A DNA stretch of 64,000 bases from positions 1-64,000 of the IMG/VR virus record IMGVR_UViG_3300043399_000272; one strand, written 5' to 3'. The notes below the pieces were generated by a model that was given only the letters and a program-made list of their open reading frames with translations, had not been told where the DNA came from and did not search any database. A program made the position numbers and the translations under genes. Below, piece after piece: positions 24,159 to 31,942 of this stretch. Position 1 is the stretch's first letter, and every line of letters starts with the position of its first letter.

Positions 24159-24221
24159 AACAGGATGCTGGTTTGCTTTTTTCCAAATAAAAAGTTTTTT
24201 AATTTGCTGGAAGCATCCTAA
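24159..24221 (-). ncRNA. CAGCA-handle RNA 8
   Basis: UAGGAUGC-UUCCAGCAA...CUUUUU-AUUUGGA-AAAAAG...GCAUCCUG. Confidence 0.7.
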
Positions 24222-24225
24222 AACT

Positions 24226-24300
24226 TGGTGGAAGCCGAGGGAGTTGAACCCTTCTAGACAGCGATCTTGCAAGGATCACCCGTAGCCCGCTACTGCCCCC
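24226..24300 (-). tRNA. tRNA-Ala(TGC), second copy, atypical D arm
   Basis: G3:U70, A73, loop CTTGCAA. Confidence 0.75.
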
Positions 24301-24308
24301 AAATTGTA

Positions 24309-24386
24309 TGGTGTGTCCTGCAAGAATCGAACTTGCTTCTACGATTTTTCAGACCGTCGCTGAATGACCACACTAGCTCAAGACAC
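24309..24386 (-). tRNA. tRNA-Phe(GAA), second copy, atypical
   Basis: Loop CTGAAAA. Confidence 0.8.
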
Positions 24387-24390
24387 ATAT

Positions 24391-24477
24391 TGGTGGAGCC
24401 CTAAGGAATCGAACCTCTTGCCACCACCCACCTTATTATGGCTACGATTTTACAGACCGCAAGCGGGAAAGGGCTCC
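24391..24477 (-). tRNA. D-armless tRNA-Tyr(GTA)-like RNA
   Basis: Perfect acceptor stem, loop CTGTAAA, no D hairpin. Confidence 0.65.
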
Positions 24478-24487
24478 ATTAAATTGT

Positions 24488-24562
24488 TGGTATCCTGTAT
24501 GGGTTTTGATCCCATCTCACTAGTTTGAAGGACTAGCGGCCACACCAGCTGCCTCACAGGAT
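24488..24562 (-). tRNA. tRNA-Glu(TTC), second copy, atypical
   Basis: Loop CCTTCAA (C33), T loop ATCAAAA. Confidence 0.7.
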
Positions 24563-24571
24563 ATATATTGT

Positions 24572-24649
24572 TGGCAAGGGTGACTGGATTCGAACCAGTG
24601 ATGACGATTTCAAAGACCGTTGCCTTAGGCCAGACTAGGCGACACCCCA
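24572..24649 (-). tRNA. tRNA-Gln(TTG), second copy
   Basis: Loop CTTTGAA, G73. Confidence 0.85.
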
Positions 24650-24655
24650 ACATAA

Positions 24656-24733
24656 ATGCTATTCAATAATATACAGGCGAACTCCGTCAGAGGGAGCCGT
24701 ATGATGTTTGTCCTGTATACTAATGAATAGCAT
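24656..24733 (-). repeat. long-stem element L6 (22-bp inverted repeat)
   Basis: ATGCTATTCAATAATATACAGG...CCTGTATACTAATGAATAGCAT. Confidence 0.7.
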
Positions 24734-24882
24734 CTTTCGATGCTATGTCAGGGTCTGTGCCCTGACCAGTGATTTTACTTTCTGCGTTACCGCCACAGAT
24801 TTCATCCTACTGTCCGCCCGTTTACAACTTATTATAGTGTGTTGCGAGGACCTCGTTCCCTCATTCTAACACTGTTAATCAT

Positions 24883-25044
24883 TTAAAACCTTACTAGCCT
24901 TTTAAGCTGATTCAGTTTTTCATGATCCTTCTTGGCTCGCTCATACTTGTTACGTATAAGCTGCCTAACTTGTTCTTGCGACAAAGTGTGATTTTTTAAC
25001 CAATCCTTTTTGTCAGAAGAACCAGATTCTAGATCCTTTGTCAT
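24883..25044 (-). CDS. small basic protein (53 aa, MTKDLESG...)
   Basis: Read by hand; first ORF after the attenuator. Confidence 0.5.
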   Translation of the reverse strand: MTKDLESGSSDKKDWLKNHTLSQEQVRQLIRNKYERAKKDHEKLNQLKRLVRF

Positions 25045-25087
25045 TTTATGTCAAACCTTTTTGTGTTGTATTTTTACTACAGTACAT

Positions 25088-25128
25088 AAACAAAAACCCC
25101 TGGGACTTTTTAGTTTCCCAGGGGCTTC
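25088..25128 (-). terminator. intrinsic terminator of the putative attenuator
   Basis: CCCCUGGGA-loop-UCCCAGGGG-UUUUUGUUU; the 5' arm is complementary to 25175-25183. Confidence 0.85.
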
Positions 25129-25144
25129 TTAGATTCTGTTGAGA

Positions 25145-25318
25145 TTAGATTCTTGGAATCTTTTCTCCTTCTATGAAGCCCCTAGATAATCCCTGGTCAT
25201 CATTGCCACGGCAAATACTAGGTGTGTTATAACCCTCAAAGGCCCATGACATCGCGGACACTGGAGCTATTGCTCTGGTGCTCGTATGTTTCGGCAGTTG
25301 ATGGTTAAATTGTTTCAT
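25145..25318 (-). CDS. putative pan-codon leader peptide (57 aa)
   Basis: MKQFNHQLPKHTSTRAIAPVSAMSWAFEGYNTPSICRGNDDQGLSRGFIEGEKIPRI; codons 7-46 are all different. Confidence 0.7.
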   Translation of the reverse strand: MKQFNHQLPKHTSTRAIAPVSAMSWAFEGYNTPSICRGNDDQGLSRGFIEGEKIPRI

Positions 25319-25396
25319 AGTAATCTATTTAGTCCTGGTTAAAAAATTTGTCTTTTAAGTCGCCTTTTCTGCGCCTTTTGTTAATTCGATGAACGA

Positions 25397-25425
25397 AGTA
25401 TACTTGTATTTAGATTAATTGTCAA
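25397..25425 (-). promoter_or_regulatory. sigma70-type promoter at the head of the tRNA array
   Basis: TTGACA-17-TATACT; a TAAATA late-type motif also lies at 25326-25331. Confidence 0.75.
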
Positions 25426-25470
25426 CACCTAGAAAAAACTTTGTTGCCCAAAATAGAATTTAAATACTTT

Positions 25471-27012
25471 ATGTTATTTAATCCCACCGAGTATACAACA
25501 GTTTTTCTTAGTTTTGACGAACCTAACGCTGACACCAACTATCAACACTTACTAACACTATGCCCTGGAGCATTACGTGTGCATGGCGTTAAGGGTAGTG
25601 ACACCGCTCACAAAGCAGTCGCACAAATTAGTCAAACGAAAAATGTAATTATAGTAGATGCCGACAATTTTGTCAAGCCTGATTTTTATTCTCAGACTTA
25701 CGAGATTGGCAACACCGACCTTACCTCTACTGTACTCAGCTTCACAGCACATAACAAGATAAATGGGCAACAATACGGGAATGGTGGCATCAAAGTATGG
25801 CCTGTAGAGTTGCTAAAAAGTATGAAAACGCATGAAAATTCTGATAATGCTAGTACTTTAGTAGACTTTGATTTCAGCAACTATAAACAAATGAACTATG
25901 TTGCTAGTGAGGTCAGATATGCTAGCCATAGACAAGCATGGCGTGCTGGCTTCCGTGAGGGTGTCAAACTTATGCTAGACAATGGGCAGTACCAACGTGA
26001 TATACATAACATCGACTGGCGCAACTATGACAGACTTTGGAACTGGATGCACATCGGCAGTGATGTTGAGCATGGGTACTGGGCTATACACGGAGCACGG
26101 TTTGGATGCTGGAATGCTGTTAGAAAATTTGACCTATCCAAACTACACAACTTTGAGTATTTGGACTATTTGTTTGACCTTTTCAAAGATACGAACTTTG
26201 TAGATGGTTGTGAACAATTCGGGCATCACATACAAACATTGACTAATGACAGACGTATAGGCACAGTCTACAGTCCTAGACTTAGTAAAGAGTATAGAGA
26301 ATCAGTCAAGCCCTGTTTGCGTATGCCCAATGACGAACCCTATGACATTGTGTTTATTAGCTACAACGAATTAAACGCAGACAAAAACTACCGTGAACTA
26401 ATAAAACGATTCCCGAGGGCTAAGCGAATTGACGGAGTACAGGGCATACACAATGCACACATAGAAGCAGCAAAACTATGTTCTACAGACTATTTCTGGG
26501 TCGTAGACGGTGACGCAGAAATTGTTCCCGAATTTAATTTTGATTATGTTGTCCCATTCTATGACACATTAAAAGTTAGGGTGTGGCGTGCTGAAAATCC
26601 AGTTAACGGCTTGACATATGGCTACGGAGGTGTTAAACTATTACCTAGAATAGCCACGGTTCGTATGCGTACAGATAGACCCGACATGACTACAAGTATC
26701 TGTAAGGATTACGAGCCAATCTTTGTTGTTAGTAATATAACACGTTTTGATACTGATCCATTTAATACTTGGCGAAGTGCATTTAGAGAATGTACTAAGC
26801 TAGCAAGTCAAGTAATAGACAACTCATACGAAAGTATAGAACGACTAGATATTTGGTGTTCAGTGGGTGATAATGACTACGCAATAGACGGAGCAAAAGC
26901 AGGTCGTGAGTATGGCACTTATAATAAAGACAATTTGACAGCATTAAGAAAGATAAACGACTTCATGTGGATGCGTGAACAGTATGACAGATTTTACAAA
27001 AATACCCTTTGA
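25471..27012 (+). CDS. tandem glycosyltransferase-like (GT-A, DxD) domain protein
   Basis: Two homologous halves: F.S..E.NAD, AH, VDAD/VDGD, YG.GG.K, WR..FRE. Confidence 0.75.
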   Translation: MLFNPTEYTTVFLSFDEPNADTNYQHLLTLCPGALRVHGVKGSDTAHKAVAQISQTKNVIIVDADNFVKPDFYSQTYEIGNTDLTSTVLSFTAHNKINGQQYGNGGIKVWPVELLKSMKTHENSDNASTLVDFDFSNYKQMNYVASEVRYASHRQAWRAGFREGVKLMLDNGQYQRDIHNIDWRNYDRLWNWMHIGSDVEHGYWAIHGARFGCWNAVRKFDLSKLHNFEYLDYLFDLFKDTNFVDGCEQFGHHIQTLTNDRRIGTVYSPRLSKEYRESVKPCLRMPNDEPYDIVFISYNELNADKNYRELIKRFPRAKRIDGVQGIHNAHIEAAKLCSTDYFWVVDGDAEIVPEFNFDYVVPFYDTLKVRVWRAENPVNGLTYGYGGVKLLPRIATVRMRTDRPDMTTSICKDYEPIFVVSNITRFDTDPFNTWRSAFRECTKLASQVIDNSYESIERLDIWCSVGDNDYAIDGAKAGREYGTYNKDNLTALRKINDFMWMREQYDRFYKNTL

Positions 27013-27946
27013 CCGTATAGTTAAGTTCGGTCAAGACACTATGCTAGACAAGAACTTGTTTAGTATTAGCTGGATACTGGGTAGATTCTGTAATTACAAA
27101 TGTAGCTATTGTTGGCCTTACGCTAATGGCGACAAGCCAGATCACTTAGAATTAGAGTTGTATAAGAGAACAATGGATGAGATTCGCTGTCAGGCGGCAT
27201 TAAATGGGTTCACAAGTTTTCATTGGTCGTTTAGTGGCGGAGAACCAACCGCATATAAACATGTAATAGAACTCAGTCAAAAGGTTTTATTAGACAGTAT
27301 TCATATGACTACCAATCTAAGCCCGGGATTTCAGTTTTGGGATCGATGGTTGAATTCTACTGTGTTGAGTAGGCGCAGAAGTTTAACTGCTAGCTTTCAC
27401 CATGAGTTTGCTAACGAACAAGAGTTTGGAGACAAGATACTACACTTAATGAATAGTGGTGTGTTAGTAACCATAAATCAAGTTATGGTTCCAGAAAAGT
27501 TTGACGAGTTGTATGAGCGTTGTATAAGATTCAACGATAGAGGTATTAACGTAACACTAAAGCCCCAATCTGATCCTACAGCAAGTCGTGTCGTAGATGG
27601 CTACAGTGATGAAATGATGAACAAAATGAGAACAGGTTTTCCGCAACATTTCAACGACACCGACATACTACAAGTCAAACTAATAGACGATGAAAATAAA
27701 GTTTGGCATCTGGATCAAGCTGAAAGATTTAACAGTTATGGGTTTAACAAGTTTACCAATTGGACTTGTAATTCTGGATACCAAAGTATTATAATTAGAG
27801 GTAATGAGGTTAAGCGTGGTTATAGTTGCCACGACAAACCATTAGGAACACTCACTGACGGATTTAAAATCTTTGAAGAAAAACAAAGATGTATAACTCC
27901 TTCATGTGTAAGTAGCGCAGATAGTAAGATACCAAAATGCAAATAG
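26984..27946 (+). CDS. radical SAM protein
   Basis: CNYKCSYC, SGGEPT, C-terminal Cys cluster. Confidence 0.9.
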   Translation: MTDFTKIPFDRIVKFGQDTMLDKNLFSISWILGRFCNYKCSYCWPYANGDKPDHLELELYKRTMDEIRCQAALNGFTSFHWSFSGGEPTAYKHVIELSQKVLLDSIHMTTNLSPGFQFWDRWLNSTVLSRRRSLTASFHHEFANEQEFGDKILHLMNSGVLVTINQVMVPEKFDELYERCIRFNDRGINVTLKPQSDPTASRVVDGYSDEMMNKMRTGFPQHFNDTDILQVKLIDDENKVWHLDQAERFNSYGFNKFTNWTCNSGYQSIIIRGNEVKRGYSCHDKPLGTLTDGFKIFEEKQRCITPSCVSSADSKIPKCK

Positions 27947-28554
27947 ATACAGAACATTTACATCACTGGATGAGAGCCATACGACAAAGCAATAATCCTA
28001 TGCGTACTATGGATGCTTTCTGGAGTGGACAGATTAAAAGCAAAGAATGGCTAATCAATTGTTTGGGGCAAGTTGTTGATAAGCCTGTTACAGTTGACAT
28101 TCACGGAGGATGGGTAGGTGTACTTGCTAGTATGTTATTTCAAAGCAACATTCCATGTACGTATATTCGTAGCGTAGACATTGACCCATTGTGCGAACAT
28201 ACAGCAAATACAATGAATCAAATAGAATATGACAGCGGTAGATTTAGAGCTATCACCTCAGATATGTGTGACATACGCAGTGATACTGATGTTATTATAA
28301 ACACTAGCGCGGAGCATATAACACAAGATCAATATGATTTGTGGCTGTCAGGACTACCCAACAATTCCTTAATTGTCATTCAGGGAAATAATTATGACAT
28401 TCCTGAGCATGTTAGAATCAGCAAAGACTTAGATGACTTTGCCGAACAATCACAGTTAGACATAGATTTTATCGGAGAACTCGATTTACCGATATATAAA
28501 AGATACATGATTATAGGGAGAAAACATGGATACAACAGTTCGTACACTGGTTAA
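27937..28554 (+). CDS. SAM-dependent methyltransferase-like protein
   Basis: IHGGWVGVLA, SVDIDP, INTSAEH. Confidence 0.75.
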   Translation: MQIDTEHLHHWMRAIRQSNNPMRTMDAFWSGQIKSKEWLINCLGQVVDKPVTVDIHGGWVGVLASMLFQSNIPCTYIRSVDIDPLCEHTANTMNQIEYDSGRFRAITSDMCDIRSDTDVIINTSAEHITQDQYDLWLSGLPNNSLIVIQGNNYDIPEHVRISKDLDDFAEQSQLDIDFIGELDLPIYKRYMIIGRKHGYNSSYTG

Positions 28555-28948
28555 GACGTTAAGTTACAGAATTACAGCGGCAGCGACTGTATTTCTATTG
28601 AGCATTCTTTTGGCTTATGGATCTGGCTTTGGAGTCAAGTTCCTAATCATCACACTTACTCTAGGTTATGTAATCTATTTCACACATGAATTCTTGTGGA
28701 ATAAGTTTAACTTACTACGAGTAGACGGTGATGATAAGCCTATGCGTAGTCTTATCAAAACGATTAGCTGGCGTATTACTAGCTTTATTGTTATGTTCTT
28801 TATTAGCAAGGCTTTGGGCTTGTCGAATGAGGACGCACTATATTGGGTAATCGCTAACAATATCGCATTCTTGGTTGTACATTACCTACACGAACGTGTG
28901 TGGAATCGTATTACTTGGGGTAAAAAATCTATTCTAGCAACAGCATAA
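28526..28948 (+). CDS. tandem DUF2061-like membrane protein
   Basis: Two repeats of KT.S.RI...Y..HE..W. Confidence 0.75.
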   Translation: MDTTVRTLVKTLSYRITAAATVFLLSILLAYGSGFGVKFLIITLTLGYVIYFTHEFLWNKFNLLRVDGDDKPMRSLIKTISWRITSFIVMFFISKALGLSNEDALYWVIANNIAFLVVHYLHERVWNRITWGKKSILATA

Positions 28949-29889
28949 AAGTACTTCATTTAGAAGTTACTAATAAGTGTCAAGCAAGTTGTCCCATGTG
29001 CGCCCGAAATTTACAGGGCGGCATGGACAACCCTTTTATGTCCTTAAGTGAAATCACATTTGAGGATTTTAAGTCGTGGTTTAGTGTTGACTTCATTAAA
29101 CAATTAGACAAGTTATATATGTGCGGTAACTTAGGCGATCCAATCATTGCCAAAGACACAATAGAAATATTCAGTTATTGTAGAGAAATCAACCCAGATA
29201 TGTGGTTGAGTATGAATACTAACGGCAGTGCCAGAACACGTAGATTCTGGGAACAACTAGCAGAATTAAGAGTAGTTGTCAGGTTTGGAATAGATGGTTT
29301 GTCCGATACACATAGTTTATACAGAAAAGGTACAGACTTTGATACTATTATCAAAAACGCAACAACATTCATTAGACATGGTGGTATGGCTATTTGGGAC
29401 ATGTTAATATTTGAACACAATAAAGACCAAGTAGACGAATGCCATGAACTAAGTAAAGAATTAGGATTTAGTGAATTCGTACCCAAGAATACAGCCAGAT
29501 TCAAAGAAGATAAATTAGATGTAATAGATAGAACTGGAAAGAAAATCTATACACTATATCCTAGCGATAAGAGTAAAAAACTAATAAAGAACGAGATAAA
29601 GCCTAGCGAGATTAAGTGTAAGGTAAAGTTTGGTAGCTTATATGTTACTAGTAACGGTATTGTTACTCCTTGTTGTTGGCTTGGTATTGATGAATTACCG
29701 CATCATAATCCTAGTAGAATAGATTATCTTACTAAAATTGGTAAGTTCTATTCACTAAAAGAAAATACATTACAAGAAATCTTTGACAGTAAAGTATTTG
29801 AAAAGATTGAAGAAACGTGGAGTTCTGATCCATTAACCGAATGTAGCAAACAGTGTGGAAGTTATGACAGATTCAATAGTCAATTCTAA
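28927..29889 (+). CDS. radical SAM/SPASM protein with no ATG upstream of its CxxxCxxC motif
   Basis: Frame open from 28924: KIYSSNSIKVLHLEVTNKCQASCPMC; start uncertain. Confidence 0.75.
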   Translation: MYSSNSIKVLHLEVTNKCQASCPMCARNLQGGMDNPFMSLSEITFEDFKSWFSVDFIKQLDKLYMCGNLGDPIIAKDTIEIFSYCREINPDMWLSMNTNGSARTRRFWEQLAELRVVVRFGIDGLSDTHSLYRKGTDFDTIIKNATTFIRHGGMAIWDMLIFEHNKDQVDECHELSKELGFSEFVPKNTARFKEDKLDVIDRTGKKIYTLYPSDKSKKLIKNEIKPSEIKCKVKFGSLYVTSNGIVTPCCWLGIDELPHHNPSRIDYLTKIGKFYSLKENTLQEIFDSKVFEKIEETWSSDPLTECSKQCGSYDRFNSQF

Positions 29890-31201
29890 AACGTTCTGCC
29901 CACTACCTTTTATACATATGGCAACAAGACCTAACGGTGATGTTCGTGTATGTTGTACTGCTAACGCTAGTGGTGCTGATATTGTAGACAGTAAAGAGAT
30001 AGGGCTTGTGACACAAAACGGAATCAAAATGAATCTACGTAGTCATACTATAGAAGAAGTATGGAACTCTGATAGTATGCGTAGAACACGTTTACAGATT
30101 AGTGAAGGTACGATACCCGAAAGCTGTACTAAATGCTTTGAAGAAGAAAATAAGGGAATAAAAAGTAAACGCAATTGGGAAACGATAGTCTGGAGTGAAA
30201 GACTGAACTTACATGATATCGTAACTAAGATGAATGTTGATGGAAGCATGCCAGTAGAAATTCCATACTTTGATTTAAGACTAGGAAATCTATGTAATTT
30301 AAAATGCGTGATGTGCAGCCCGCATGATAGTTCTAGCTGGATCAAAGATTATAAAATACAATATCCAAAGTACAAATCAATCTCACTAATTAATGATAGT
30401 CAGTGGGATAGAACTATGGACTATACATGGTACAAGAAGGGTTCGTTTATTGATTCTATGAAGAATCAAATCAAGTATATCAAAGAATTGTACTTTGCTG
30501 GCGGCGAGCCACTATTGATTCCAGAACACTATAGTATATTACAATGGCTTGTTGACGAAGGACATAGCAAAAATGTTATACTGAGATACAACTCAAATGG
30601 AACTGAGTTGCCAGAACATTTAATTAAATTATGGGAACAGTTCAAGTTAGTCAAGTTTAATTTCAGTATTGACGCTTACGGAGACAAAAACGATTATATA
30701 CGTTATCCAAGCAAGTGGACTGATATTGCTAGTAACTTACATATGTTAGACGAAACCGCAGACAATATTGTTGTCAATGTTGCGTGTGCTGTTAATTTAC
30801 TAAATGTCTGTTACTTAGACGAATTAGTAGACTGGAAAATGGGTCAGAATTTCACTAAGGTTAATACAAAACAGTATGGGGCTGGACTGATTGGATTACA
30901 TTTAGTATATTTGCCTAGCTATCTAAACGTCAGAGTATTACCCGAGCACATCAAGCGCCAAGCTACACTAAAGATTAATCAACTGTTAAAACGATATAGT
31001 GATAGAGACTTTGATGCTGATCCATACGGAAAACAACGATGGATTGGCTTGATTAACTATATGAGTATTGATTGGACTCATAAACTACACGACTGTGTAG
31101 AATACTTAAAAACAACTGACGAAACTAGGGGTACGGATTTTACTAAAACTTTTCCAATATTGAGTGAATTGGAAGAGCATAGTCTATTCCTTCAAAAGTA
31201 A
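29864..31201 (+). CDS. twitch-domain radical SAM protein
   Basis: FCPLPF...VCC, CNLKCVMC, AGGEP. Confidence 0.9.
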   Translation: MTDSIVNSKTFCPLPFIHMATRPNGDVRVCCTANASGADIVDSKEIGLVTQNGIKMNLRSHTIEEVWNSDSMRRTRLQISEGTIPESCTKCFEEENKGIKSKRNWETIVWSERLNLHDIVTKMNVDGSMPVEIPYFDLRLGNLCNLKCVMCSPHDSSSWIKDYKIQYPKYKSISLINDSQWDRTMDYTWYKKGSFIDSMKNQIKYIKELYFAGGEPLLIPEHYSILQWLVDEGHSKNVILRYNSNGTELPEHLIKLWEQFKLVKFNFSIDAYGDKNDYIRYPSKWTDIASNLHMLDETADNIVVNVACAVNLLNVCYLDELVDWKMGQNFTKVNTKQYGAGLIGLHLVYLPSYLNVRVLPEHIKRQATLKINQLLKRYSDRDFDADPYGKQRWIGLINYMSIDWTHKLHDCVEYLKTTDETRGTDFTKTFPILSELEEHSLFLQK

Positions 31202-31315
31202 CTTTTATATACTTGATGTTGTGTAGTTAGTATATCTTCACGTACTATTCTTTGGTTTAGTAGTTTATGCATATAAATATCTTATACCTATATACTGTAT
31301 AGACGACAATAAATT

Positions 31316-31942
31316 ATGATTTACAATAACCTTTGTTTATTGGGCGACAATGTAAAGTTGAAGCTACAAATAGATACACATTCTATATTGAATAAACTAC
31401 AAGAATTCGATGCTGAGTGGGTGCCCTATAACCAAAAGAAAGATACAGTTAATAACCGTTATGGGTTAGCATTAACTAGTCACAGTGGTTCAGTAAATGA
31501 TACAGAACATTTAAACAGCTTTGGCTACGCTAAACGTAATTTAGATATTGAATTGCGTGAGGATAATTTCAACAAATATACTGAGGCAATGTATCAATTA
31601 ACTGAGATTAAAGATATTGTAGATTTATTTCCAGATATCGGTCGTGTACATATATTGCGTGTAGGTAAGGGAGGATACTTTCCACCACATAGAGACTTCC
31701 CACAATTAAATCCCGAGTATGTTAGACTTAGTTGTGTGTTCGGGAAGTGTAAGCCAGAAAACTATTGTATGTTATATGATGGTAGACCCTTTTATCAGGA
31801 TCCAGGATTCTTTTATTTCAACAATTATATCAAGGATCATAGTCTATTCAGTTTTAGTGACTATGTTTATGTCGTTATATTAACAGTTAAAATGACTGAG
31901 GACACATACAATAAAATCGTCAAATACAGCATGGTAGAATGA
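31316..31942 (+). CDS. Asp/Asn beta-hydroxylase-like 2OG-Fe(II) oxygenase
   Basis: PPHRD...N...H. Confidence 0.7.
   Translation: MIYNNLCLLGDNVKLKLQIDTHSILNKLQEFDAEWVPYNQKKDTVNNRYGLALTSHSGSVNDTEHLNSFGYAKRNLDIELREDNFNKYTEAMYQLTEIKDIVDLFPDIGRVHILRVGKGGYFPPHRDFPQLNPEYVRLSCVFGKCKPENYCMLYDGRPFYQDPGFFYFNNYIKDHSLFSFSDYVYVVILTVKMTEDTYNKIVKYSMVE

Noticed and set aside
11863-24650. Many ORF-track entries overlapping tRNAs (e.g. 14145, 16170, 17346, 19275, 20205, 23125, 23634, 24063, 24450)
   Set aside because: They are chance frames across tRNA genes with no SD or protein motifs.
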